Part shown: positions 9,655-18,899 of the stretch, piece by piece
Layout of the letters: each line of letters opens with the position of its first letter
How positions within the stretch are numbered: position 1 is the stretch's first letter
IMG/VR virus record: IMGVR_UViG_3300032335_001233
Location: 51,490-115,489 of that record
DNA length: 64,000 bases
Origin: a virus
Taxonomy: Duplodnaviria > Caudoviricetes
Reading direction: 5' to 3' (one strand)
The notes under the pieces: generated by a model
Databases searched by the model: none
What the model saw: the letters and a program-made list of their open reading frames with translations, nothing else
Told to the model about the DNA's origin: nothing
Position numbers and translations under genes: made by a program

Positions 9655-11111
9655 TGCCATTCCAGTTTTTCTTGTGTGAATGGATAGTTGGCTTCTCGGT
9701 AGTAGGCCTTGCGTTTGGTTAGATGGCGTTTGGCAAACTTGCAGGTACTGGTAATGTCCCAAATCTGCACATGGTCTTTGTCTTCGGCTCGTCTAATACC
9801 TCGACCAATACTCTGTATCACTCGTGTAAAACTTTTGCCAGACTCTACCATCACAAGGTTAAAGATTCGAGGTATATTGATGCCCACAGCAGCCACACCA
9901 TAGGTGGCCACAATGATCTTGTCTGTGGCTGTGGCCACAGCATCATATTCAGCCTGTCGGTCAGTGCCCTTGGTGGCTCCCGACACAAACACAGCACCTT
10001 CGCCCAGTCTTTCCACAAGAGCTTGGCCGGCTGCCACACGATCCACCAGCACCAAGGTGTTACCAGTTTCATTGACTTCGCGTATCAAGTTGGCCATGGC
10101 ATCCAAGCGTCCTGACTCTTCCAGTAGATACTTGAGTTCGCTTTGATAGTTGTTGAATTCCACATGATCCACCAACTGCACCACATTGACATGACACTGT
10201 GCTAGCACGCCTTGCAGTTGCAGTTCATTGGCACTGAGTCTGCCCACTACTGGTCCCAGACTCACCAACAAGCTCACACTTTCAAATTTTTCCTTGGGCA
10301 CAGTGCCAGTGAGACCCCAGCGAATAGGAATATGGGCCATGGGTCCTGTGAGCAGAGTTTTTAGTGCATCGGCCTTGGCCATGTGCACCTCGTCCACGAT
10401 CACACATACCACATCTTCAATAAAGTCTTGTATGGTAATGTCGGCAGTGCCTGATCGAGTGTTTTTCATCAAGACATTGAGACTTTGCCAGGTACAGATG
10501 GTGTGAGTGCGGCCGTGTTCTTTTCTGTCACCAAAATACACCCCTACATCCAGCCCCACGTTCACAAAGTCACGTTCGGTCTGTCGCACAAGGTCTTTGT
10601 TGGGCACAATGACTATGCTACGTCCATGTGCTTGCACTGCCGAACTCAAAGTTGCAGTCATAATAGTCTTGCCAGCACCTGTGGCCACTTCTTGTATACA
10701 CTGTGGGTTGGCCAAAAAGTTGTTGACAATTTCAACTTGATAGTCTCTCAGCATAATGGGCTGACCCTCGGCTGGGTGACCTGTGGGCCAGGTTCTGTGT
10801 GCCCATGAATGTTCTTCCACAGTGTTGAAATCAAAAGTGGTACAGTAGCTTCTACGATCGTCAATGTCAATGTCGTAGTTCATGCGCTCTAGCACAGGCA
10901 CAATTTCAGGCAACAGATTGGTATAGGTGCTGCCGCCCAATTGGAAATAGCTGACTTTGCCATCCCAGCGTCCCAGTCTCACTGCCGGCAAGTACCGAGC
11001 GTAGGGCACATCATACTTGAATAGGTTTACCAAAACTCGTCTAGCATCAAGATCTAGACCTTCAATCTTGATGTTGACTTCGTCTCGTATTACAATGGTT
11101 GCTTGTTTCAT
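9651..11111 (-). CDS. uvsW: SF2 DNA helicase UvsW
   Basis: LRDYQ, ATGAGKT, DEVH, GLTGT, QSIGRGIR; likely start MKQATI at 11111. Confidence 0.9.
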   Translation of the reverse strand: MKQATIVIRDEVNIKIEGLDLDARRVLVNLFKYDVPYARYLPAVRLGRWDGKVSYFQLGGSTYTNLLPEIVPVLERMNYDIDIDDRRSYCTTFDFNTVEEHSWAHRTWPTGHPAEGQPIMLRDYQVEIVNNFLANPQCIQEVATGAGKTIMTATLSSAVQAHGRSIVIVPNKDLVRQTERDFVNVGLDVGVYFGDRKEHGRTHTICTWQSLNVLMKNTRSGTADITIQDFIEDVVCVIVDEVHMAKADALKTLLTGPMAHIPIRWGLTGTVPKEKFESVSLLVSLGPVVGRLSANELQLQGVLAQCHVNVVQLVDHVEFNNYQSELKYLLEESGRLDAMANLIREVNETGNTLVLVDRVAAGQALVERLGEGAVFVSGATKGTDRQAEYDAVATATDKIIVATYGVAAVGINIPRIFNLVMVESGKSFTRVIQSIGRGIRRAEDKDHVQIWDITSTCKFAKRHLTKRKAYYREANYPFTQEKLEWQ

Positions 11112-11971
11112 TCTAGGATAACTTTTTTGACCCACTGTCGTTGAGCTATGTCATGCATCATGCGTTCGCGGTTGCCATCAAATTCAATGTCAGCCACAGG
11201 ATATCTCAAGGGTCTTGCTTGTGCATTATACACACTCTTGATGCCACGTGCAACAAAAAATTTTGGATGCTGGTCAATGTAATGTTGAATACGGCCATAC
11301 TGAGTGGCAAGATTGCGATCGTGAAATGCCACATAGAAATCCGCCGAGTAGTGATCAAATGGACAAAATGCATCATCTGAGATATACTGGTCATTGTCAC
11401 GTGCCAAGTCTTCTACTGTTTTTCCAATCTCACAGTAGTTGAGATACACTGTGCCCCAAGTCACTCGCCAGTCGCCATAGCATTGAGCTATGTCAGCAGG
11501 CAGCTGATGCGTCTTGGGCATGCCAAACCATGTGCACACCAATTTGGCGTGAGAGCCTGCTAGCACAGACTCACATTGGTGCACTGCCAAGTTTAATTCA
11601 CTCAGTGCACGGCGCACTATGTCTGGTGCTGACTGCCAAAATTCTGAGTGCTGTTGATCCAACAATCCGTGATGGCATTCAAACACATGGTGAAGGTAAT
11701 TGAGACAGTCTTGTGTCCACTCAAACTCACGCTCAATCACCGGCGCATGTGAATTGATGATGGCTATGCAGTGGCGTATCCAGTGCTCAGCAACTTTGCA
11801 CTGAGTTTGGGCAGTGCCAAATCCAGAGAATCTGTCAGGGTGGTCCATGGGCCATGCAGTGCGAGCCAGCATGCGCTCAGTCCATAGTTCAGCCAAGGGA
11901 GTTTGACGAATTCGAAAACGCAACTCTAGATCTCCACTGGGACCTAGATGAATACATAAGTGCTTGGGCAT
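11108..11971 (-). CDS. Hypothetical protein
   Basis: Long His/Trp-rich ORF (LNYLHHVFE); likely start MPKHLC at 11971. Confidence 0.7.
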   Translation of the reverse strand: MPKHLCIHLGPSGDLELRFRIRQTPLAELWTERMLARTAWPMDHPDRFSGFGTAQTQCKVAEHWIRHCIAIINSHAPVIEREFEWTQDCLNYLHHVFECHHGLLDQQHSEFWQSAPDIVRRALSELNLAVHQCESVLAGSHAKLVCTWFGMPKTHQLPADIAQCYGDWRVTWGTVYLNYCEIGKTVEDLARDNDQYISDDAFCPFDHYSADFYVAFHDRNLATQYGRIQHYIDQHPKFFVARGIKSVYNAQARPLRYPVADIEFDGNRERMMHDIAQRQWVKKVILE

Positions 11972-11999
11972 TGTGTATATAGCCACAGTCTACGCGGTC

Positions 12000-12025
12000 A
12001 AAAAAACAGGGACCGAAGTCCCTGT
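12000..12025 (-). terminator. Rho-independent terminator with UUCG tetraloop
   Basis: Minus strand ACAGGGAC-TTCG-GTCCCTGT followed by a T-run. Confidence 0.88.
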
Positions 12026-12031
12026 ATAAAG

Positions 12032-12061
12032 CCTGGGCCGGAGCCAACCGAAATGCCCAGG
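12032..12061 (-). promoter_or_regulatory. 3' UTR stem-loop with anti-RBS loop
   Basis: CCTGGGC-[ATTTCGGTTGGCTCCG]-GCCCAGG; loop GTTGGCTCC is the reverse complement of GGAGCCAAC directly before the ATG at 13203. Confidence 0.6.
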
Positions 12062-12068
12062 AAAACCA

Positions 12069-12182
12069 CTAACTCAGCATCAACCCCATCACAAAAATCA
12101 AAAACGCCCAGCCTGGGTAACCAAACAACAAAGCCAACATGGCCAATATGGTGCCAAAGAAGGCTTTGTCTGAGTTGGTCAT
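12069..12182 (-). CDS. 37-aa hydrophobic membrane peptide
   Basis: Below the ORF-track cutoff. MTNSDKAFFGTILAMLALLFGYPGWAFLIFVMGLMLS; starts 1 nt after the ATPase stop. Confidence 0.6.
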   Translation of the reverse strand: MTNSDKAFFGTILAMLALLFGYPGWAFLIFVMGLMLS

Positions 12183-12183
12183 G

Positions 12184-13203
12184 TCAAGCACTTTTCATAC
12201 AGGTAGTCTCTGCCAGACGCTTCCAGTTCAGCACTGACATCTTGCGCAAGTCTGCAATCTTCAGCGCCATGCGCAGGCTTACCTCACGCAGGCGATCCTT
12301 GTTGGTGTGCATGAAATCAATGATGTCGTCTTGCACAGCAGGCTCAAACTCATAATCTGCAAACAACACACCATCTTTGGCAATCTGTCGAATACGCAAC
12401 AGCTTGTCACGCATGGTGTCCAAGGTCAGGTCCAGGTAGTGACAGCGCGATTGCAGTGCGTCCAAGTGATCACGAAGCTTTTGCGACTTCATGGCATCAA
12501 ACTTGAGGTTGGTAATAAAGATCACTGAACCTTTGAACTCAAACTGGTCAGGAATGCCTTCGCGACGCAGAGTTGAGCTTTCTGACAACCAGGAGATCTT
12601 GCGCTTCTTGCCAGAGTCAAGTGCACCCTTGAGCAAGTTCAGCGAAACATCGTCCAGCAAAATGCTGTCACAGTCGTCAAACACCACAACACAGTTGGTG
12701 TCTGAGTATTTGTACAGAGTTTGGTACAGGCCGATAGGTGTAGCCGAGCCCTTGACAACTTCGGCACGAAGTCGCTTGCCAGCAATTTTGTCAAACATTG
12801 TGGCTTTTTCAATCTCTTGCTCCACGCCAAACGATTTGCCGACGCCGGGAGGGCCGCTCACAATCATGGCACGGATGTCGCCAGTCACAGCAGCCTTGGT
12901 CATTTCGGTAAGAATGTCAAATCGCTCACGGATACGATCCATGGCTTGTTCGTCAGTTTCAGTAACCACAGGCTTCTCAAAAGGTACGGTGTTGTTGGTA
13001 GTCATGCCGTTAGTATACTCAATGTCGCGAATGCTGTCAACCCGGACTCGGATCGTATCGCTAAATTTAGGAAAATGTCCGGCATTGCGAACAGTGACAT
13101 AGCCGCCGCGGGCACCAGTTTGAAAGCCGGAAATCAGCTCAAATTCAGTGTTAACAATGTTGTAACCGCGGTAGTTACCTTTTACAATTCGAATAGTACT
13201 CAT
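12184..13203 (-). CDS. AAA+ family ATPase
   Basis: Walker A GPPGVGKS, Walker B VVFDDCD, IFITN sensor, ALQSRC; start MSTIRI with GGAG RBS. Confidence 0.85.
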   Translation of the reverse strand: MSTIRIVKGNYRGYNIVNTEFELISGFQTGARGGYVTVRNAGHFPKFSDTIRVRVDSIRDIEYTNGMTTNNTVPFEKPVVTETDEQAMDRIRERFDILTEMTKAAVTGDIRAMIVSGPPGVGKSFGVEQEIEKATMFDKIAGKRLRAEVVKGSATPIGLYQTLYKYSDTNCVVVFDDCDSILLDDVSLNLLKGALDSGKKRKISWLSESSTLRREGIPDQFEFKGSVIFITNLKFDAMKSQKLRDHLDALQSRCHYLDLTLDTMRDKLLRIRQIAKDGVLFADYEFEPAVQDDIIDFMHTNKDRLREVSLRMALKIADLRKMSVLNWKRLAETTCMKSA

Positions 13204-13234
13204 GTTGGCTCCAGTGAGTTGTTGCAGTTTCAGT

Positions 13235-13384
13235 ATGTCATTATTATAGCAAATTGGGCTTTTTTGGTCAACCGTGTTGCGTATTTGCAACACTGTGTTT
13301 TCTGCCCCTTTTTGCTCATCATGTCATTATTGTAGCAAAATCAGCATTATTGGTCAACCGTATTTTTGTTGCAAAAAAGCAACA
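13235..13384 (-). promoter_or_regulatory. Tandem duplicated sigma70 promoters, each with an upstream TGTTGC-N6-GCAACA palindrome
   Basis: TTGACC-17-TATAAT (13271-13243) and TTGACC-17-TACAAT (13357-13329); palindromes at 13274-13293 and 13367-13384. Confidence 0.8.
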
Positions 13385-13387
13385 TTT

Positions 13388-13828
13388 TTATTGAAATTTC
13401 TTAATATTCCCAATAGCTCGACAGTAAAAAGAGACTCTGTCGCCGTGATAGATGGGCAAAGCACGAGGGTGTCCGTCAAAATCGTCTGGGGCATCGTATA
13501 GTTGACCGCTTTGCCATTCCGGAACGCTGGCGAAACGCCAAAGTCCTGGTTGTTGTGGCTGGTATCCTAAAATTAAAATATCATTGTGATTGCAAGCAAT
13601 ATTGATAAGATTGAAATTAAAAATTGGCAAGGTCACAATAATTTTATGACTATGATCTACGGTGGCATCTAGCTGCCAATCTATAGTTGGTGCTAGATCA
13701 TATATCTGTGTGATTGGCCGAGTACTATCAGTATCCACTGTGACTGTGACATGAGCATTTGGTCCCGGGCGAACATGCACTGATAGTTCAAAGTCAATTT
13801 TGGTATGTTCAAATAAAGACAATTTCAT
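13388..13828 (-). CDS. Hypothetical protein (AT-richer)
   Basis: 146-aa ORF in operon position. Confidence 0.55.
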   Translation of the reverse strand: MKLSLFEHTKIDFELSVHVRPGPNAHVTVTVDTDSTRPITQIYDLAPTIDWQLDATVDHSHKIIVTLPIFNFNLINIACNHNDILILGYQPQQPGLWRFASVPEWQSGQLYDAPDDFDGHPRALPIYHGDRVSFYCRAIGNIKKFQ

Positions 13829-13831
13829 ATT

Positions 13832-14578
13832 TTATATCCCCATCCAGGCCTGAGAGATTTGATCATTGCGAATTTCATGTGGTTTTGGGGTGCCGTGAAA
13901 CACCACAACTGATGTGGTACCAGCTGGTGCAAATCCTGCGCTGGGCTGACGGTATGTGCGTGTTTTGAAGTCATACCCACCGTTTATGCTCTGCCATCGA
14001 TAACTCTCAAACAAGGACTGATCAAAGTATCTTCGCTGATTGTGATCAATCACTCGCGTGATGTAGTCCTGATCTCCGGGTGTACGCCGCACTATTTCTT
14101 CAATGTTGTCACGTGCAAAGTCCCTCCATACCCAGCCAAACCTCCTGGTGTCCCAGTACATCACACTGCTGTTGACACTGTTGTGAGTACTGCGCTGAAG
14201 ATACCTAAAGTCACGTATGGCCCAAAAGTGTGTGAGATCAAGTTCACGTACCCAGTCTATGTCTCGCAACACAATCACGTCAAGATCAAAGTACAACAAC
14301 GGCCCGGCATGATGCTGGTCGTTAAACAACTGCATCTTGTACCACCAGGATTTTTTGGGTCCTGATATACCCGGCCATTCTTCTAAACAGTGCTTGACAA
14401 GATGTGGCGGAACCGACCGATCGTGTTCGGTATACACATGCAGTCGTATGCGATCACCATGGTGACGAGTGAGCTGGGCGTGCAAATTTTGCACATAGTC
14501 CCAGCTGTAGCCTGAGCCGTGGATCACACAGGCACAGTCAATCACATCATCAGTGCGGGTTCGATTCTTTTTAGCCAT
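13832..14578 (-). CDS. Glycosyltransferase, GT-A fold (GT8-like)
   Basis: WWYKMQLF, YFDLDV (DxD), NSSVMYW, GDQDYI, FHGTPKPH; start MAKKNR. Confidence 0.75.
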   Translation of the reverse strand: MAKKNRTRTDDVIDCACVIHGSGYSWDYVQNLHAQLTRHHGDRIRLHVYTEHDRSVPPHLVKHCLEEWPGISGPKKSWWYKMQLFNDQHHAGPLLYFDLDVIVLRDIDWVRELDLTHFWAIRDFRYLQRSTHNSVNSSVMYWDTRRFGWVWRDFARDNIEEIVRRTPGDQDYITRVIDHNQRRYFDQSLFESYRWQSINGGYDFKTRTYRQPSAGFAPAGTTSVVVFHGTPKPHEIRNDQISQAWMGI

Positions 14579-15390
14579 AAGCCTCTCTGCAATTCTTCTA
14601 GACGATATTCGGTGTGACAGATTTCTGTCAACCACTGTGCACGATCACAATCATAAGGTTGTTCAATGTTTTGATACGTGACTGACACCGGACGAGCCAA
14701 GCTAGAATCATGCACTATGGGACGCACACCAGCAATGGCTGCTTGTGTGCCAGGTCCTGAATTAATGTTGATCACAGCATGACAATTAAAATGCATGTCA
14801 AAACTGTCATAGGTGTTGGGCACCAAACGTGGTACTACTATTTCTGCGCCCAGTGGCACATAGGGCAATCGCAGGCGACAGCGTGGATGTGGGCGAATAT
14901 GTATGGCTCGGTCAGTGTGTTGGCGTATTGAACGAACAGCATCAAGTACCCATTGACTCATGTCTATGCCGGCCACCTGAAGACTGCGGTCATGTTGAGC
15001 TGCAATTACCACATGCGGCTCTGGGCTTGCAAGCTGAGCAACACTGATACCCAATTTTCTAGGACGATCCCAGTCAAGATTTTCCTGATGTCCGTAGTAT
15101 CCTTGATTTGTGACATGGTTTACCGACACTTTCCAAGTGTTGCCACGGTACAAAGCACCAATTTCTACCACAATCACTGGACGTCCTTGGTTGCGATAGT
15201 GCTGATATACTTGTTCATTGTTGGCCATGCGTCCGTGCCACAGCACTGACCAAATCACTGCGGCGTCAGCATCCCAGGCATTTTCACGGGTCTGAATACC
15301 TGATGCCTGTAAACTGTCCAACACTGCGGCCATGATGGGTCTGCTGTTGAGAGCACACTGAGAAGGAAAATAGGCTACAGAACCAATCAC
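14542..15390 (-). CDS. Capsule-polysaccharide-biosynthesis-like GT-B protein (paralogue 1)
   Basis: RPHP, HAVININSG..AAIAGV, DRAQWL..ICHTEY..EEL..G motifs shared with three neighbours. Confidence 0.55.
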   Translation of the reverse strand: MIGSVAYFPSQCALNSRPIMAAVLDSLQASGIQTRENAWDADAAVIWSVLWHGRMANNEQVYQHYRNQGRPVIVVEIGALYRGNTWKVSVNHVTNQGYYGHQENLDWDRPRKLGISVAQLASPEPHVVIAAQHDRSLQVAGIDMSQWVLDAVRSIRQHTDRAIHIRPHPRCRLRLPYVPLGAEIVVPRLVPNTYDSFDMHFNCHAVININSGPGTQAAIAGVRPIVHDSSLARPVSVTYQNIEQPYDCDRAQWLTEICHTEYRLEELQRGLWLKRIEPALMM

Positions 15391-15401
15391 TAAATATCCC
15401 T

Positions 15402-16202
15402 ATGAAATACACTGTATGTACCACTTTCAATGCTGAAGGTTATGAGAAATACGGACGTAGAATGATCCAAACATTCATTCAAAACTGGCCTGCCGCTGTG
15501 CAATTAACAGTGTATGCTGAAGGGTGCAGAGTAAATGAAACAGCACCCAATCTTGAAGTCCGCGATATTGCGATAGTCACCGAACTCACTGCATTCAAAC
15601 AATGTTGGCAGGGGGTTCCTCGAGCCAACGGAGATGTCAGTGCTGATCCAGTTAGATCGCAACGTAAAGATGCTGGCAAAGGATTCAAATGGGACGCTGT
15701 GAGATTTGCTCACAAAGTGTACAGCATTTTCCATTGTGCAAAAAATACACCAACTGACTGGTTGATCTGGATGGATGCAGACACTGTGTGTCACAGTCCC
15801 ATTACCACAACTGATTTAGACCGACTGTGCCCCAGCGACCGAGATCTTTGTTTTCTTGGGCGCCGGGGCAAGTTCAGTGAGTGTGGACTGTATGCAATGA
15901 ACCTCCGCAGACCTTGCATAAGAGATTTTTTAACTAAATTTCAAAAGTATTACGACGACGCCGAGCAAGGAATTTTTACTCTAGACGAATGGCATGACAG
16001 TTTTGTTTTTGATGCTGTTCGTCGGCAGACTAGTTTATACGAACTAGACTGGAGCAGTCATTTGATCACCGGAGAAGGTCATCCCTTGATCAATTCAGAC
16101 TGGGGTGCATATCTAGATCATCTCAAAGGCAAGCGCAAGACCACAGGACGCAGTCCTGCCACAGACTTAAAAGTTCAACGAACCGAGGCATACTGGCAAT
16201 GA
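15402..16202 (+). CDS. Glycosyltransferase-like protein, GT-A fold
   Basis: RFAHKV, WLIWMDADT (DxD), EWHDSFVFD, HLKG; TAAATA motif 5 nt upstream. Confidence 0.65.
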   Translation: MKYTVCTTFNAEGYEKYGRRMIQTFIQNWPAAVQLTVYAEGCRVNETAPNLEVRDIAIVTELTAFKQCWQGVPRANGDVSADPVRSQRKDAGKGFKWDAVRFAHKVYSIFHCAKNTPTDWLIWMDADTVCHSPITTTDLDRLCPSDRDLCFLGRRGKFSECGLYAMNLRRPCIRDFLTKFQKYYDDAEQGIFTLDEWHDSFVFDAVRRQTSLYELDWSSHLITGEGHPLINSDWGAYLDHLKGKRKTTGRSPATDLKVQRTEAYWQ

Positions 16203-16999
16203 CCTGGATATTTCTCAACAAGAAAAACAGTGACGAGTACATAGAAATGTTTGCTCGTGGATGCAGTGCAGTGCCCACTGAGTTAGAAACCTGGCAGTAC
16301 CAAGACAGTGATGCGCCCTTGGTGATCCGAGGCATCATGAAGCACAAGATTATCAAACAGTGCTGGGCAGACAACCGACCATTCTGGTACATGGATTCTG
16401 GCTATGTTGGCAACCGACACAGTGCGCTGAATCCACGCGGTAACAAAGTATGGCACAGAGTGGTGCCCAACAACCTGCAACATGGTGCAGTGATCCCAAG
16501 GCCTGCTGATCGTTGGCAGCGGCATGACATTGCCATGCCTCGACGTCGGCATGGCAGCAAAATATTACTAGCAGCACCAGACGAAAAACCCTGTGTGTTT
16601 TATGACATCACTCTGTCTGACTGGATTGCACAAACCGTTGCCACAATCAAACAATACACTGACCGAGAAATTATCATACGTGAACGCAATCCCAATCGAC
16701 AGGCACGTGTGACCAGCGACTTGCAGTCAGCACTGACTGATGTGCATGCCGTGGTGACCTTTAACTCAATTGCAGCCACTGAGAGTGTGCTGGCTGGAGT
16801 GCCGGCATTTGCTCTGGCACCGTCAAATGCTGCCATCCCAGTGTCCAACACTGACTTATCCAAAATCAACAACCCATGGTACCCTGATCGAGATCAAATT
16901 CATGATTGGGCGTGCCATTTGGCCTATGGGCAGTTTCACAATTCAGAACTGCGCAACGGCACAGCGCACCGAATACTACAGGAGACTCTCAATGCGTGA
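16199..16999 (+). CDS. Capsule-polysaccharide-biosynthesis-like GT-B protein (paralogue 2)
   Basis: YMDSGY, HAVVTFNSIAATESVLAGVP, WACHLAYGQF..EL..G. Confidence 0.55.
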   Translation: MTWIFLNKKNSDEYIEMFARGCSAVPTELETWQYQDSDAPLVIRGIMKHKIIKQCWADNRPFWYMDSGYVGNRHSALNPRGNKVWHRVVPNNLQHGAVIPRPADRWQRHDIAMPRRRHGSKILLAAPDEKPCVFYDITLSDWIAQTVATIKQYTDREIIIRERNPNRQARVTSDLQSALTDVHAVVTFNSIAATESVLAGVPAFALAPSNAAIPVSNTDLSKINNPWYPDRDQIHDWACHLAYGQFHNSELRNGTAHRILQETLNA

Positions 17000-17645
17000 A
17001 CACTATGGCTGGTATTTCCCAGATGTCGACACACACTTTCCACAAATGCTAAAGAAAAGTGTTGATCGCGGTGGCCCCGCAGAATATCAATTACCTGTGC
17101 GCCGTCGCAGTATTGAATTGTGTGCCGGTCATGGCACTGCCTTGGACATTGGAGCCAATGTGGGCCTGTGGAGTCGTGACCTAGTGGATAACTTTTCTCA
17201 GGTGATTGCTTTTGAACCCGTGGCCATCTTTAGAGAATGTCTAGAACGCAATGTGTCTGGCCCTAACTTTTCTATCAGTCCCTTGGCTCTGGGAGATCAA
17301 GACACTCAGGCCACCATGATCATCACTCCAGGCAATACTGGACACAGTCACCTGGATCCTGACAGCATGGGCACCGGTGATGTGAAAGTGGTGACTCTTG
17401 ACAGCTTGAACATACCCAATGTTGACTATGTCAAGATTGACTGCGAAGGGTACGAGTATCGTGTGTTGCAAGGTGCAGAACAAACCATTAAAACCTGTCG
17501 TCCTGTTGTGGTAGTGGAACAAAAACCGCATGCAGCCTACAGTGATCAATACGCACAGCATGCAGCCGTCGAGTTGCTGAAATCCTGGGGCATGACCCGG
17601 CTGGACCAAGTCAAGGATGACTGGATCATGGGTTGGAACCGATAA
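16992..17645 (+). CDS. FkbM-family SAM-dependent methyltransferase
   Basis: LDIGANVG, AFEP, KIDCEGYE; start MREHYG after a GGAG RBS. Confidence 0.88.
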   Translation: MREHYGWYFPDVDTHFPQMLKKSVDRGGPAEYQLPVRRRSIELCAGHGTALDIGANVGLWSRDLVDNFSQVIAFEPVAIFRECLERNVSGPNFSISPLALGDQDTQATMIITPGNTGHSHLDPDSMGTGDVKVVTLDSLNIPNVDYVKIDCEGYEYRVLQGAEQTIKTCRPVVVVEQKPHAAYSDQYAQHAAVELLKSWGMTRLDQVKDDWIMGWNR

Positions 17646-17669
17646 TAAAATTTTAAAATAGGAAATAGC

Positions 17670-18200
17670 ATGCCATCAAGTAATAAAGAAGGTAAGTCAG
17701 TGATAAGAGAATGGGTTACAGAATTTGGTCCTGACGTAAAAACTGTACTAGATCTTGGAGTCGGGAACGGAACTTATCATAGGCTGTATACCAGGAAGTC
17801 GCCAGCTCTTAAAGAAGCATACTGGATTGGTGTCGAAGCATGGGAGCCCTATATTCGTGAATTTGATTTGTTAACAAGATATAATAAGATTATCAACGCA
17901 GATATTAGAACAGTAGATTTCAACACCTTGGGTCCAATAGATCTAGTGTTTGCCGGTGATGTATTGGAACATATAACCAAAGAAGAAGCAATTAAAGTAG
18001 TTAACGATCTATTAAAAGTTGCTAAGAGAATTATCGTTAGTATTCCTATTGTGCATTTTCCACAAGGCGAGGAGGAAGGAAATCCTTACGAAGCACATGT
18101 AAAGGACGATTGGTCACACACAGAAATGTTAGAAACTTTCCCTCAAATTAAACGATCATGGACCGGTAACATCATTGGAGTGTATCTATTAGAGCTATGA
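17670..18200 (+). CDS. Class I SAM-dependent methyltransferase
   Basis: VLDLGVGNG, GVEAW, GDVLEH; visibly AT-richer than its neighbours. Confidence 0.82.
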   Translation: MPSSNKEGKSVIREWVTEFGPDVKTVLDLGVGNGTYHRLYTRKSPALKEAYWIGVEAWEPYIREFDLLTRYNKIINADIRTVDFNTLGPIDLVFAGDVLEHITKEEAIKVVNDLLKVAKRIIVSIPIVHFPQGEEEGNPYEAHVKDDWSHTEMLETFPQIKRSWTGNIIGVYLLEL

Positions 18201-18898
18201 AAGCATACATAATTCGACTGAAAAACAACGCCATGTCTGAGAAATACGCAGACCTTGGTGTTGCCCAGGCACGCAAATTTGGCATAGATGTTGAGTATTT
18301 TGACGGCATCAACGGACTGGAATATCAACAGCATGTGGCACGATTAGGCATTGAACCAAGATACAAATTCAAAAAAGGTCGTGCCGGGGTGTTTGGTTGT
18401 TTTCTAAGTCATTACTACCTATGGCAACAGTGTGCCGCAGGCCGTCAGCCTTTTTTGATTCTCGAACACGATGGATATGTTGTCAGACCTTTGCCTGACA
18501 ACATACTTGACACATTTACGGATGTGCTCAAACTTGATGACCAGGATCCTTACTCAAAGCACTACGACACCACAATCACTGCTCAACTCAATCAACCCGT
18601 AGTTGTGAACAAATATCACAACCCGCAAGCAAAGACTGTGAATCACGGATCAGATTTTGTTGAAAAGATTGGCACAGGCAACTACCTTCGCGGCGCCTAC
18701 AGTTACATTATCAAACCACATGCAGCACAACGGCTAATTGACTGGATCAAACAAAATGGATTTGTTCCTGCTGATCAACAGATTGGAGATGCTGTGGTTG
18801 ATATACAAGTAACCGTGCCCACCATAGCAAGGCTGCACCCTGACTATCACAACCGAATCAAAGAAATGTCCTTGACCGGGAATCCTGATCTGTTGTGA
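18197..18898 (+). CDS. Glycosyltransferase family 25
   Basis: AYIIRL, FDGING, GCFLSHYYLW, ILEHD, YIIKP..A..L, PADQ. Confidence 0.82.
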   Translation: MKAYIIRLKNNAMSEKYADLGVAQARKFGIDVEYFDGINGLEYQQHVARLGIEPRYKFKKGRAGVFGCFLSHYYLWQQCAAGRQPFLILEHDGYVVRPLPDNILDTFTDVLKLDDQDPYSKHYDTTITAQLNQPVVVNKYHNPQAKTVNHGSDFVEKIGTGNYLRGAYSYIIKPHAAQRLIDWIKQNGFVPADQQIGDAVVDIQVTVPTIARLHPDYHNRIKEMSLTGNPDLL

Positions 18899-18899
18899 G

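Noticed and set aside
13235-13384. Mini CRISPR array
   Set aside because: Only two imperfect copies, fully explained as duplicated promoters; no cas genes.
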